From Laetmonice hystrix (lineage: Eukaryota), in assembly GCA_965235115.1 (NCBI GenBank), contig OZ249436.1, forward strand, positions 4,280,001 to 4,344,000: DNA of 64,000 nt. The letters are read 5' to 3'. Numbering within the stretch: position 1 is the stretch's first letter; the number at the start of each line of letters is the position of its first letter. Under the pieces are notes generated by a model. That model was not told the DNA's origin and ran no database searches. It was given only the letters and a program-made list of their open reading frames with translations. Position numbers and translations under genes: made by a program. Positions 13,388-27,698 of this stretch are shown here, piece by piece.

Positions 13388-13969
13388 TAACGTATCTGGT
13401 ATACTTACCTCCACCTCATAACGTATCTGGTATACTTACCTCCACCTCATAACGTATCTGGTATACTTACCGCCACCTCATAACGTATCTCGTATACTTA
13501 CCTCCACCTCATAACGTATCTCGTATACTTACCTCCACCTCATAACGTATCTCGTATACTTACCTCCACCTCATAACGTATCTGGTATACTTACCTCCAC
13601 CTCATAATGTATCTGGTATACTTACCTCCACCTCATAACGTATCTGGTATACTTACCTCCACCTCATAACGTATCTGGTATACTTACCGCCACCTCATAA
13701 CGTATCTGGTATACTTACCTCCACCTCATAACGTATCTGGTTTACTTACCTTCACCTCATAACGTATCTGGTTTACTTACCTTCACCTCATAACGTATCT
13801 GGTATACTTACCTCCACCTCATAACGTATCTGGTATACTTACCGCCACCTCATGACGTATCTGGTATACTTACCTTCACCTCATAACGTATCTGGTTTAC
13901 TTACCTTCACCTCATAACGTATCTGGTATACTTACCTCCACCTCATAACGTATAGTTACCTCCACCTCA
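13388..13969. repeat. Minisatellite, 31 bp unit, ~18 copies
   Basis: Unit TAACGTATCTGGTATACTTACCTCCACCTCA. Confidence 0.95.
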
Positions 13970-14833
13970 GGTGATTTCACAAATTATCGTTTTACTATCT
14001 CCCACAAGGACGTCTATGCAGGCCCCGTATAGACCAGACAGTAAGAGTAGGGTGTATTAATTTACCCTGTATACTCATGACAATAGGGACAGCGTCTTAA
14101 CTTTCCCAACAGTACTCCCTGCGTGTCGACCGGCACACGGCCAAATACACGCGGGGTGCACGTGCGTGTGTTTGGGATGCGTACTTGGTAACACATTAGG
14201 TAAACAGGGGTAATTAAGTGTTTGTAGCCAGAGGGCAGCAGGGGTGTGGGGTAAGGGGTTATACCCCCTTACGATACCCACTGAATACCCATACAAACCA
14301 GGGTTAATTAACGCGTACTGTACGGGAGATAGCTGCGGCATTAAATACCCATCACCGACAACTCCCATCTATTGTGTTTTAATTCATTCATATACATAAG
14401 TAGGTATAGGTGTGAAGGCTATTGTATCAAACTGTTTCATTATACACTGGTCACAGTACAGTGGTCGCCCGTCGTTCAGACTCCATTCTCTCTGGAACGG
14501 TCATGAGCTAAACTCATCACAATACATTTAGATTAACTATACACTAAATGTATACGGAAACTATACACGAAATGTATACGGAAGGTGCTACAAAAATCGC
14601 CACTCAATCATTAACATTCTATCCCATACTGATGCAAAGTGAATTACTTTGTGTTATTTGTTTATAGTGAATGCTTGTGACCAGTAAACGTATAGAATAT
14701 TATGTTGGGTATAAAGAATGCGTCTACTAGTGTCGACACCTCCCCTGTTAACTATCTAAGACACATAATATATTTGTCTGCTATTGTATGCTTTATTTGG
14801 GTGGTATAATTTCGCAGTTTAGTGCAATACGAT

Positions 14834-16880
14834 ATCCCACTGTCCCATTGTCCTTCAAGTGTAGTCTGAAGGAACTGTCCCGTTCTACATGTTTACTTTG
14901 GTAACATTCCAAGCTACAGATTGACAATTCCCATCCCACTGTCCCATTGTCCTTCAAGTGTAGTCTGAAGGAACTGTCCCGTTCTACATCTTTACTTTGG
15001 GTGGTCACATTCCGAGCTACAGATTGACCATTCCTATCCCACTGTCCCATTGTCCTTCAAATGTAGTCTGAAGGAACTGTCCCGTTCTACATGTTTACTT
15101 TGGGTGGTCAGATTCCGAGCTACAGATTGACCATTCCCATCCCACTGTCCCATTGTCCTTCAAGTGTAGTCTGAAGGAACTGTCCCGTACGTTCTACATG
15201 TTTACTTTGGGTGGTAACATTCCAAGCTACAGATTGACCATTCCCATCCCACTGTCCCATTGTCCTTCAAGTGTAGTCTGAGGGAACTGTCCCGTTCTAC
15301 ATGTTTACTTTGGGTGGTAACATTCCCAGCTACAGATTGACCATTCCCATCCCACTGTCCCATTGTCCTTCAAGTGTAGTCTGAAGGAACTGTCCCGTTC
15401 TACATGTTTACTTTGGGTGGTAACATTCCCAGCTACAGATTGACCATTCCCATCGCACTGTCCCATTGTCCTTCAAGTGTAGTCTGAAGGAACTGTCCCG
15501 TTCTACATCTTTACTTTGGGTGGTAACATTCCCAGCTACAGATTGACCATTCCCATCCCACTGTCCCATTGTCCTTCAAGTGTAGTCTGAAGGAACTGTC
15601 CCGTTCTACATGTTTACTTCGGGTGGTCACATTCCGAGCTACAGATTGACCATTCCCATCCCACTGTCCCATTGTCCTTCAAGTGTAGTCTGAAGGAACT
15701 GTCCCGTTCTACATCTTTACTTTGGGTGGTCACATTCCGAGCTACAGATTGACCATTCCCATCCCACTGTCCCATTGTCCTTCAAGTGTAGTCTGAGGGA
15801 ACTGTCCCGTTCTACATGTTTACTTCGGGTGGTCACATTCCGAGCTACAGATCGGCCATTCCCATCCCACTGTCCCATTGTCCTTCAAGTGTAGTCTGAA
15901 GGAACTGTCCCGTTCTACATGTTTACTTTGGGTGGTAACATTCCCAGCTACAGATTGACCATTCCCATCCCACTGTCCCATTGTCCTTCAAGTGTAGTCT
16001 GAGGGAACTGTCCCGTTCTACATGTTTACTTCGGGTGGTCACATTCCGAGCTACAGATTGACCATTCCCATCCCACTGTCCCATTGTCCTTCAAGTGTAG
16101 TCTGAAGGAACTGTCCCGTTCTACATGTTTACTTTGGGTGCTAACATTCCAAGCTACAGATTGACCATTCCCATCCCACTGTCCCATTGTCCTTCAAGTG
16201 TAGTCTGAAGGAACTGTCCCGTTCTACATGTTTACTTTGGGTGGTAACATTCCCAGCTACAGATTGACCATTCCCATCCCACTGTCCCATTGTCCTTCAA
16301 GTGTAGTCTGAAGGAACTGTCCCGTTCTACATGTTTACTTTGGTAACATTCCGAGCTACAGATTGACAATTCCCATCCCACTGTCCCATTGTCCTTCAAG
16401 TGTAGTCTGAAGGAACTGTCCCGTTCTACATGTTTACTTTGGGTGGTAACATTCCCAGCTACAGATTGACCATTCCCATCCCACTGTCCCATTGTCCTTC
16501 AAGTGTAGTCTGAAGGAACTGTCCCGTTCTACATGTTTACTTTGGTAACATTCCGAGCTACAGATTGACAATTCCCATCCCACTGTCCCATTGTCCTTCA
16601 AGTGTAGTCTGAAGGAACTGTCCCGTTCTACATGTTTACTTTGGGTGGTCACATTCCGAGCTACAGATTGACCATTCCCATCCTACTGTCCCATTGTCCT
16701 TCAAGTGTAGTCTGAAGGAACTGTCCCGTTCTACATGTTTACTTTGGTAACATTCCAAGCTACAGATTGACCATTCCCATCCCACTGTCCCATTGTCCTT
16801 CAAGTGTAGTCTGAAGGAACTGTCCCGTTCTACATCTTTACTTTGGGTGGTAACATTCCAAGCTACAGATTGGCCATTCC
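14834..16880. repeat. Minisatellite, 103 bp unit (99 bp variant), ~20 copies
   Basis: Unit TCCCACTGTCCCATTGTCCTTCAAGTGTAGTCTGAAGGAACTGTCCCGTTCTACATGTTTACTTTGGGTGGTAACATTCCCAGCTACAGATTGACCATTCCCA. Confidence 0.95.
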
Positions 16881-19071
16881 TCAGATTTACTTGAAGATAT
16901 TGCCCGACTAACCCAAATAACCAATACAGATCCAGAAACGTGATGGGTGCATGATTCGAGGTTTTTACATGGCTGTATTGTTGGGTGTCCTCATGAAACC
17001 ATGTGTCCAAACATAAAGTCTACGTGCGACCATTAGAAATAATCTACAGTGATGTTCTGTAGGCCTATACCTGTTGGCGTGTCCACGTGCAGTGCACGGG
17101 AAGCGTTGTTGTCATGGTAATGATTATTTTACTGTCCGAGCATCCATCATCTCTCCCGTCTCTATCATCACATCACACCCGCCTCAGGTCGGCAAACCCC
17201 CGCTCGTCTTTTTAATGAGGCCAACACGCATTGAACACTGACCGGGACTCGTCCAACCGAGCATCATAGGATCTTGACACAATTCATATATCACAGCCAA
17301 AGGTCGAGGGCGGTGGTCGTGTCAACTGGCCATTTAGTTTGGTTATAATTATGTTTTCTTTGGAGATGGGCCCCCACCTGGTGTTTTGGGGACACGAAGG
17401 TGTTCATGGCGGCAGCCGTGTGTTTGGTGAGTATCTCTGTCAGGTATTTCACCAAGCAAGAAGAGATCGCCCATATATACGGTCGCTGCCATTGGCTGGT
17501 GATGGTCTTTTACTCAAGTCTTCATGGCTGCGTATCCTCACTTTCAACACTGTCGATAAGACATATTTCAAAAGAACTCTTTTCCAATGACATCTTTGTT
17601 GCAAAAGAAAGGTTAACACGATAATGTCCATAAAGTATTGACAGATACCTCCTATACCGCTTCTACCTCTAGTACCTCTGGTTGTAATATATTTCTCCTA
17701 TCTCCTTAATTAGGTAAATATATCGTCGTTTTCCTGTGACTTACGACCAATTAAAACCAAAACAATCGTCCTTTTCAATTGCATTGAAAAATTCCGATTT
17801 TGCCTGCAGATTTCGCCAGGGAAAATAAAGTAATTTGTGGCAGCATTCCTTAAGTATCATACAAGTGTGTTTTAAAAATGCGTATCTTAGAATTTTTGGC
17901 GAGTTTACTTTCACTTTTAACGTCTATGTATACCCTTTGAGACTCGTTCCACGACAGGGAGCTGCAGACAAAAGGCTGCGGTCAGGGAGGGGGTTCTGGG
18001 GTAAACCAGGTGCCACAGACAAGTTATTGAAACATAAAGTTCCGGCCACTGATAACCTCTCTTTGACACCGGGAATTAGGGCTTTGAACCGAGGGCACAC
18101 TATAGGGCGGCTTGTGCCGGGCCCGTGGCTGGCATACCCCTGCTCTATTGACCAGGATGACACCCGGGGCACACCTTTTGACATGAGCGTGCCCCCACGC
18201 ACCCTGCCCTGACCCCAGCTCTGCCCTCTTGCCCCTCCCCCAGTACCGCACACACCTATCGTCTTAAAAACCTCAAAGAAACCTCTGACCTAGGAGACCG
18301 ACCCCCGACCCTGGTCAACGGTGAACAAAATGACGAGACCGAATGTTGTGACCTTGCCGCTTAGGATGACTGTTCTCTTGGTTCCTGGCTCCGTCCAGCT
18401 GCGAAAGGTCAACAGTGAGGGTTCAGCTCGGTGAGGGGGGTCGGGGGGGGGGGGTGGCCCGGGTGCATGGACACAGGACCCTCGCCCCTATAACTTCTGT
18501 CTCCTCCCAACTTATACTTGAGTACCGTGACCCCACAGAACCAACAGACAGCGGAATCCGGCAGGTGAACGTTGAGGTCAACCTTACACCCTGGCTGTAC
18601 TCTACACCCTCCCCTCCCCCACCCTCACCCTCACCCTCCCTCAACATTCAACTCTCTATAATAGATCCAGTCTGAGAGGTCTAGGTATGTGCCACCCTTC
18701 TTGTACCCATACCATGTTTAAGGTCCTCAGGCTATACCACTGACGGTCTGATGTTAACTGACAATAATAATTAAAGCCGGCCTATCTCAGATAAGATTTT
18801 TAGAGTGAAGTTATACTTTCAAAAATCCCAAAATCGACACCATGATATTTTTTTTACTTAATTTAGGCTTAAAGAAGGGTAACTTATCTGTGATACGTTA
18901 GCCAACAACCATGCAACTTAGCGAAACGAGTAAGAAGAAATCAATCTGTTATTTCGTTTTATATTGCTGTATATCGGGATTTACCTATAGGCCTTACCTA
19001 TACCCTCGCGAATATAAAAAATTGGGATAGATCTACATACCTGCAACTCCTCTCAAAATTCCGGGACTTTT

Positions 19072-19072
19072 T

Positions 19073-19163
<91 letters not shown>
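19072..19163. repeat. (TTTC)n microsatellite, ~22 copies
   Basis: Perfect TTTC run. Confidence 0.95.
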
Positions 19164-19164
<1 letters not shown>

Positions 19165-19945
19165 ATTTTCTTTTTCTTAAAACAAACATACTTCTCAAAA
19201 ATGTCAAAAATGTCAACTTGTACGGGGAAACCATAATACCAATGTTGAGGGACGTTAAACACTGAGATGTTGAGAAATTGAAAGATTTTAACATCGGATA
19301 TTATGGTTCCCCATTCTTTTTAATAAAGTATCTATAGCATGTAGTTTGCATCGAGGCATACTGTATAGCAATGTATAAAAAGTTTAGCTATTGTAAACAC
19401 TAAGACGGTGGGCTGAGTATAGGTCTGAACCCAAGACAGTTTGTAGGTATAGTTGAAGATGGCCATCACGCTCCCGACCGACTTAAAAGGTTTTTTTTCT
19501 AAAGAAATACATTGCGTGTTAAGGACCATCGACACCAACTCTTGCTCGTTCATTCTCTGCCCCCCTTACATGTCACTCTCACATCGAGCCTTTAACAATG
19601 CCGCGACTCAGTGATCTTAGCCGGGACACGCAAAACCAATCTTCGGACTCCATCACCCTTCAAGGTTCATTAGCCGTGGACAAAGGCCACAAAGCAACAG
19701 TAATTGTGCGCCATCAACAGGTAGCCGAATCAGTCGTTCCCGGGCGCCCGGCTTCTACCAGCCGCGGCCACATAGACGGGTAAATTGTCTGGTAGGCTAA
19801 CTGACCATTGTTTGAGTGACCAGTGAGGATCGCTGGGTGGGAGGGAGGTCTAAGCGAGCCAGGCGGGTGGCAGGCGGGCGGAGAGAGCCTATCGACACCA
19901 TGAGTCCGACAAACGATCCACCGCCAGGACTCGTCTTCCTTGGTG

Positions 19946-19959
19946 CCAGTAGGGGGCGC
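19946..19959 (+). promoter_or_regulatory. Candidate CTCF site
   Basis: CCAGTAGGGGGCGC matches the CTCF core CCASYAGRKGGCRS, in a GC-rich unique island. Confidence 0.45.
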
Positions 19960-22036
19960 GCACATCAAAGGGACAATTCAGCATTCCACTGCTAATGGAA
20001 ACTTCGGTAAGCGCTCAGTCACTCTCCCGACACTTGTCATCGGAAACATTCGGCAAATTGTCACTGGCCAATAATTAGGCGACACAAGCACCTTCTACTA
20101 ATTGGAATTCGAGATTGAAGTGGGACTTGTAAGTGTGTTTTTATGGAAGCATTGTCTGTTGATGGCAACTTGCGAGTAAAGATGTCTATACCTTGTCGGC
20201 GAGACTGTAAGTTTGAAAGATGATCTCAGTACCTGTTTCTGCCCCTATTTTAGTCTCGCTGTGATTATCTGACTTTATGGCCTTACCCTATTTAACTTTT
20301 CTCTCAATGTCAAATGTTATCGAAATATTTCGTATGGCTAATGATAGGCCTACATATCACATAAGCTTTACCTCTCTAACTTTAGCCTATATTTAGAGCT
20401 GTGACTGTCTTTGAAAGATTCTTATGACTATTAAACTGAATTAGGCCTACAGCTCCTTCCTGCATGCATGCGTGTAATGATAGTACGTGAAGGCTTACAT
20501 GTTTTCACATTAGGTAGGTATGTCAACAGATTTAGGCCTATATAGACATATTTATCACAAATTCCATGTCCATGTCCTATTGGTCTATCCTTGTTCTTGC
20601 AGTCTGTCGGAAAGATCAAAGCGAGGAGCAATGAGAACTGACAAAAGTACAATTATCACAAAAGTAGTGAGTTATCTTTTGTATCGGGACCGTATAAAGG
20701 AAGACAAGAGCGTGTTCCAGACGATGACTTGGGGTATCGAACACTTGAGACAAGACCACACTCTGATCGAACGATCTCAGAAGTGGGACCCACAGACCGG
20801 GGGGTAGAGGGGTGAGGGTTTGGGGGGTTCTGGCGGACAGGTGAACGGGATTCCAAATATCACTTGCTGTGACTGACGCCTCTTGAGACCGGCTGATTGA
20901 CTCCTGGAGTCAGGAACGCGGGCCTCTCACACCTGTGCGTCATGGGGGGTGTACATGGGGGGGGGGGCACCTACTGCGCCACGTGCCATTCACAAGCAGT
21001 CCGGGTAAGTCTGTAGTTAAACTACAAGCCATGTCACATGCCGACACTAAGCATGTTCTATACCCTAATCCTATGTTGTAATAATATTTAATCAAGACGG
21101 ATTAATCCAGATTTTTCACACCACCAATTCGTATATCGTTTGTGTGAGTCAATAATTACACATTCATTAATAATCGACTTACACGTATAGCAGGTAGGGG
21201 TGACCAGATCTCCCCCACCCCACCGCTTCCACCCCTCAGCTCATGCTGGGGTAGTTAGACGCCTCACCCGTAGAACAATAGAGGTCGGCGTTCTTGTTGT
21301 GAAAACAAGTTGGTGGATGTATACGGCATACTTTGAGAGCTGTGTGAATGTGGTTGAGTGGGGGCTCACCAGGGGTAGGGGTACATTGGTGGGTAATACC
21401 TAATGTTCTCATTACTCCATGACAGGTCGGGTGAAAGAGAATTAGAAGTCAACACCATCTGTTGAGAGATCTCTGAACAATCTCAACTATTACATTGAGA
21501 TTAAATATTTGATTATTTACCTCCACTCGAGGAAGATTATAGTAGTGTGGCAGCCTTTCTTCACATGATAACAGCTTTAGATAATGTATACATAACATGT
21601 ATCTGTATCCTTACAAAAAGGTTCGCTAAACGTCAAGAAAAAGTTCGACTATAAACGTTTTGATTTGTCTCTTAGTTGGGTATATAGATCTATCTTATTA
21701 TTTGATTATGTGCACTGAAATTTAAAACGTATAGGACCTATACCTGAGTATAGGCCCATAAGTATAATGTACATTATATACGTCTTCACATGCATTATGT
21801 AAAGTGAGTCTTACATCCCACTTATTAATAATACAGTATAGGCCTACCCCGTGTATGAGTGTACAAAACATCCTGTATCGGGTGTAATAATAACGTCTAT
21901 CCCCTGCGAACTTACCCCCCCCCCCCCCACACACACACACAGAATGGCCCTCTCCGATCCAATGTACCCTATCCGATCCAATGTTGGTTCCAGTGTTGCC
22001 CCTGCAAAAGATTATCCATGTAGTCACGACATGAAA

Positions 22037-24952
22037 TCACAGCCTTTCGTACAAGTTTTACTCCCAACATGTCATTGATCACGATTGGGTTGTATTTGTC
22101 TGACCACTGTGGGTTGACTCACAGCCTTTCGTACAAGTTTTACTCCCAACATGTCATTGATCACGATTCCAGGGTTGTATTTGTCTGACCACTGTGGGTT
22201 GACTCACAGCCTTTCGTACAAGTTTTACCACCAACATGTCATTGATCACGATTCCAGGGTTGTATTTGTCTGACCACTGTGGGTTGACTCACGGCCTTTC
22301 GTACAAGTTTTACCACCAACATGTCATTGATCACGATTCCAGGGTTGTATTTGTCTGACCACTGTGGGTTGACTCACAGCCTTTCGTACAAGTTTTACCC
22401 CCAACATGTCATTGATCACGATTGGGTTGTATTTGTCTGACCACTGTGGGTTGACTCACGGCCTTTCGTACAAGTTTTACCACCAACATGTCATTGATCA
22501 CGATTGGGTTGTATTTGTCTGACCACTGTGGGTTGACTCACGGCCTTTCGTACAAGTTTTACCACCAACATGTCATTGATCACGATTCCAGGGTTGTATT
22601 TGTCTGACCACTGTAGGTTGACTCACAGCCTTTCGTACAAGTTTTACCCCCAACATGTCATTGATCACGATTCCAGGGTTGTATTTGTCTGACCACTGTG
22701 GGTTGACTCACAGCCTTTCGTACAAGTTTTACCCCCAACATGTCATTGATCACGATTCCAGGGCTGTATTTGTCTGACCACTGTGGGTTGACTCACAGCC
22801 TTTCGTACAAGTTTTACCGCCAACATGTCATTGATCACGATTCCAGGGTTGTATTTGTCTGACCACTGTGGGTTGACTCACAGCCTTTCGTACAAGTTTT
22901 ACCACCAACATGTCATTGATCACGATTCCAGGGTTGTATTTGTCTGACCACTGTGGGTTGACTCACAGCCTTTCGTACAAGTTTTACCACCAACATGTCA
23001 TTGATCACGATTGGGTTGTATTTGTCTGACCACTGTGGGTTGACTCACAGCCTTTCGTACAAGTTTTACTCCCAACATGTCATTGATCACGATTCCAGGG
23101 TTGTATTTGTCTGACCACTGTGGGTTGACTCACAGCCTTTCGTACAAGTTTTACCCCCAACATGTCATTGATCACGATTGGGTTGTATTTGTCTGACCAC
23201 TGTGGGTTGACTCACAGCCTTTCGTACAAGTTTTACTCCCAACATGTCATTTATCACGATTGGGTTGTATTTGTCTGACCACTGTGGGTTGACTCACAGC
23301 CTTTCGTACAAGTTTTACCCACAACATGTCATTGATCACGATTGGGTTGTATTTGTCTGACCACTGTGGGTTGACTCACAGCCTTTCGTACAAGTTTTAC
23401 CACCAACATGTCATTGATCACGATTCCAGGGTTGTATTTGTCTGACCACTGTGGGTTGACTCACAGCCTTTCGTACAAGTTTTACCCCCAACATGTCATT
23501 GATCACGATTGGGTTGTATTTGTCTGACCACTGTGGGTTGACTCACAGCCTTTCGTACAAGTTTTACCACCAACATGTCATTGATCACGATTGGGTTGTG
23601 TTTGTCTGACCACTGTGGGTTGACTCACAGCCTTTCGTACAAGTTTTACCCCAACATGTCATTGATCACGATTCCAGGGTTGTATTTGTCTGACCACTGT
23701 GGGTTGACTCACAGCCTTTCGTACAAGTTTTACCGCCAACATGTCATTGATCACGATTCCAGGGTTGTATTTGTCTGACCACTGTGGGTTGACTCACAGC
23801 CTTTCGTACAAGTTTTACCCCCAACATGTCATTGATCACGATTCCAGGGTTGTATTTGTCTGACCACTGTGGGTTGACTCACAGCCTTTCGTACAAGTTT
23901 TACCACCAACATGTCATTGATCACGATTGGGTTGTATTTGTCTGACCACTGTGGGTTGACTCACAGCCTTTCGTACAAGTTTTACCACCAACATGTCATT
24001 GATCACGATTCCAGGGTTGTATTTGTCTGACCACTGTGGGTGGACTCACAGCCTTTCGTACAAGTTTTACCACCAACATGTCATTGATCACGATTGGGCT
24101 GTATTTGTCTGACCACTGTGGGTTGACTCACAGCCTTTCGTACAAGTTTTACCCCCAACATGTCATTGATCACGATTGGGTTGTATTTGTCTGACCACTG
24201 TGGATTGACTCACAGCCTTTCGTACAAGTTTTACCCCCAACATGTCATTGATCACGATTCCAGTGTTGTATTTGTCTGACCACTGTGGGTTGACTCACAG
24301 CCTTTCGTACAAGTTTTACTCCCAACATGTCATTGATCACGATTCCAGGGTTGTATTTGTCTGACCACTGTGGGTTGACTCACAGCCTTTCGTACAAGTT
24401 TTACCCCCAACATGTCATTGATCACGATTGGGTTGTATTTGTCTGACCACTGTGGATTGACTCACAGCCTTTCGTACAAGTTTTACTCCCAACATGTCAT
24501 TGATCACGATTGGGTTGTATTTGTCTGACCACTGTGGGTTGACTCACAGCGTTTTGTACAAGTTTTACTCCCAACATGTCATTGATCACGATTCCAGTGT
24601 TGTATTTGTCTGACCACTGTGGGTTGACTCACAGCCTTTCGTACAAGTTTTACCACCAACATCTCATTGACCACGATTGGGTTGTATTTGTCTGACCACT
24701 GTGGGTTGACTCACAGCCTTTCGTACAAGTTTTACCCCCAACATGTCATTGATCACGATTCCAGGGTTGTATTTGTCTGACCACTGTGGGTTGACTCACA
24801 GCCTTTCGTACAAGTTTTACCCCCAACATGTCATTGATCACGATTGGGTTGTATTTGTCTGACCACTGTGGATTGACTCACAGCCTTTCGTACAAGTTTT
24901 ACTCCCAACATATCATTGATCACGATTGGGTTGTATTTGTCTGACCACTGTG
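22037..24952. repeat. Minisatellite, 85/82 bp unit, ~35 copies
   Basis: Unit CACAGCCTTTCGTACAAGTTTTACNNCCAACATGTCATTGATCACGATT(CCA)GGGTTGTATTTGTCTGACCACTGTGGGTTGACT. Confidence 0.96.
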
Positions 24953-26224
24953 GTTCGACTTGTTTTATTGTTGACCTGACAATTCGGTGTGAGTTTGAGG
25001 CTCTGAGTTGATGTCAGAGGTCAGCGCCATGTCGACCGTTCCACCGGTTGACGCTTTGTGAGCTGAGGTGGAGCCGTTGGAGCGGCATTGTACCTCACCC
25101 CGTCCAGGGCAGGTCGGAATCCAGCCCTCTCAAAGTGACCACTCGGGGGGGATCGTCGACGGCCCGCTGCCAGCCAGGCACTCTGACAAGACACTTTATT
25201 TGCCCGTTGAATAAAAGCAGCGTGTCGGGGAAAGTCTCATAAATCACGCGGGGAGAAGAGAAACCTAAGCCGACCTCAAGGTGGATGGTCGCTTGAACAC
25301 TCATTGTTCTGCCTTCGCCAGGTAGAAAAATGTTTGGTCATTGTCATGACAATAGTGTGAGGTAGCGGGAACATGATGATAGGTGTTGGGGGGTGGTGGG
25401 GAGGGGTGGCATGGCGGGGGTTGGGGCCCTGACCCCTCTGACCACCCTAACCCCCTCAATGTGCGGCCCCGGACCCTCACCCTTCCCAGTGACCCCTCTC
25501 GCCCTCCTACAGGTATCCCCGACCTGGGTAGGATAGAAAAAACCCGGACAATTGACCGCAAACTGTGTCTGCATACATTTTGTACATATGCAGGTGACGG
25601 ACGTGATCGACACCACAAATTCACCCCTCATGAAATGATCACCTTAGTCCCTTCACAGAACTGGCACACCAGATGTAAATTTCAACTCCCAAAGGTCCAT
25701 GGCTGCCAGGACCTGGTGATCACAAGGATCAAGGTTGTCGTAGCTCACCGCCCCATCATGGAGGCGGCCAATCTTTCTTCCCATCGTGATCTAGCATGTT
25801 CACTTTAAAGGAAAAGACCGTCGTTTAAAATTCAGACCAAATCATTTTGCATATAAAAGCAATAAACTTCTCTAATCCGTCACGGAATCTTTTTGCGGGT
25901 CAAGAGCATGCATTTCAAAGTACGACTGAACATGCATATTTATCATATCGGCGACGGCACCAAGGTCGATCGAGCCGCCATTAATTCAGACGACAGGAGT
26001 TTATGGCGCAGGCCGAGGGGAAACGTTTGGCAAAACTTTAATGATCTCTCTACGACGTGTGCGTGTGCATTCTGATATCACCCTGCGAGCAGCCAAGCCG
26101 AAACTGGTGAAATGTCCTCAAATATACTCGGTCCGCCAGATAAAGTAAGTCTGTGGACGAGACAGACGACAATGACGGGCTTTGTCAGCGTCCAATCTTC
26201 GCAGTGTATTATGGGACGTGTATC

Positions 26225-26240
26225 AGCGCCACCTGGTGCA
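26225..26240 (-). promoter_or_regulatory. Candidate CTCF site
   Basis: Reverse complement is TGCACCAGGTGGCGCT. Confidence 0.4.
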
Positions 26241-26377
26241 TGCCGTGGTGGTCGGGGCGGCCATTGACTGATCGCCCGTAAAAACCACGGCACGTGTCGT
26301 TCTCACGTGTAACCCGGCATTATCCCATCGTCACATAGAAAATCTGTTGTCATGGAAATGCTTTCATAGATCACCTA

Positions 26378-26894
26378 CATATCATAATGTACAGTGTAGG
26401 CTGTCCCCAAGGTTAAGGCCAGGCACACCATAAACATATCATAATGTACAGTGTAGGCTCTCCCCAAGGTTAAGGCCAGGCACACCATAAACATATCATA
26501 ATGTACAGTGTAGGCTGTCCCCAAGGTTAAGGCCAGACACACCATAAACATATCATAATGTACAGTGTAGGCTGTCCCCAAGGTTAAGGCCAGGCACACC
26601 ATAAACATATCATAATGTACAGTGTAGGCTGTCCCCAAGGTTAAGGCCAGGCACACCATAAACATATCATAATGTACAGTGTAGGCTGTCCCCAAGGTTA
26701 AGGCCAGGCACACCATAAACATATCATAATGTACAGTGTAGGCTGTCCCCAAGGTTAAGGCCAGACACACCATAAACATATCATAATGTACAGTGTAGGC
26801 TGTCCCCAAGGTTAAGGCCAGGCACACCATAAACATATCATAATGTATAGTGTAGGCTGTCCCCAAGGTTAAGGCCAGACACACCATAAACATA
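26378..26894. repeat. Minisatellite, 57 bp unit, 9 copies
   Basis: Unit ACATATCATAATGTACAGTGTAGGCTGTCCCCAAGGTTAAGGCCAGGCACACCATAA. Confidence 0.95.
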
Positions 26895-27033
26895 TTACTT
26901 GTGTAGAGGTATGCGTAGTCGCGTACACGAACATCATATTCATTTATTTACAACATTACAAGGCCGGTGGATTTCGATGGGCCATATGAGGAGGTGGGGG
27001 AGATTAACTGAAAGCTCAACAAGTTTGACATTC

Positions 27034-27607
27034 CGTCAATGTTTTACATTTCTGTTTTCAGCAGAATCTCAGGCCATTTTCTTGGTATGATTGATGGTCA
27101 CAGGATGGCTGAATCTCAGGCCATTTTCTTGGTATGCCTATATATGGGGATTGATGGTCACAGGATGGCTGAATCTCAGGCCATTTTCTTGGTATGCCTA
27201 TATATGGGGATTGATGGTCACAAGATGGCAGAATCTCAGGCCATTTTCTTGGTATGCCTATATATGGGGATTGACGGTCACAAGATGGCTGAATCTCAGG
27301 CCATTTTCTTGGTATGCCTATATATGGGGATTGACGGTCACAAGATGGCTGAATCTCAGGCCATTTTCTTGGTATGCCTATATATGGAGATTGCTGGTCA
27401 CAGGATGGCAGAATCTCAGGCCATTTTCTTGGTATGCCTATATATGGAGATTGCTGGTCACAGGATGGCAGAATCTCAGGCCATTTTCTTGGTATGCCTA
27501 TATATGGAGATTGCTGGTCACAGATGGCAGAATCTCAGGCCATTTTCTTGGTATGCCTATATATGGGGATTGATGGTCGCAAAATGGCTAATTCCAGGCT
27601 AATGAAA
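27034..27607. repeat. Minisatellite cassette copy 1, 60 bp unit, ~9 copies
   Basis: Unit GAATCTCAGGCCATTTTCTTGGTATGCCTATATATGGGGATTGATGGTCACAAGATGGCT, with unique head CGTCAATGTTTTACATTTCTGTTTTCAGCA and tail TCCAGGCTAATGAAA. Confidence 0.93.
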
Positions 27608-27698
27608 TTAGTATACCACAATACTCCCAATGCAGTTTGAGAGAAACCATCAAGATAGTGTCCCCACGTAAAACATAGTGTCCCCACGTAAGACATAA

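Noticed and set aside
13400..13412. ATACTTACCT as a U1 snRNA gene start
   Set aside because: Only the first 10 nt match. The U1 body and Sm site are absent, and the match is part of a 31 bp repeat.
17289..17312. TATCACAGCC, matching the 5' end of miR-2 family miRNAs
   Set aside because: The remainder diverges from miR-2 and no complementary 5' arm is present upstream to form a hairpin.
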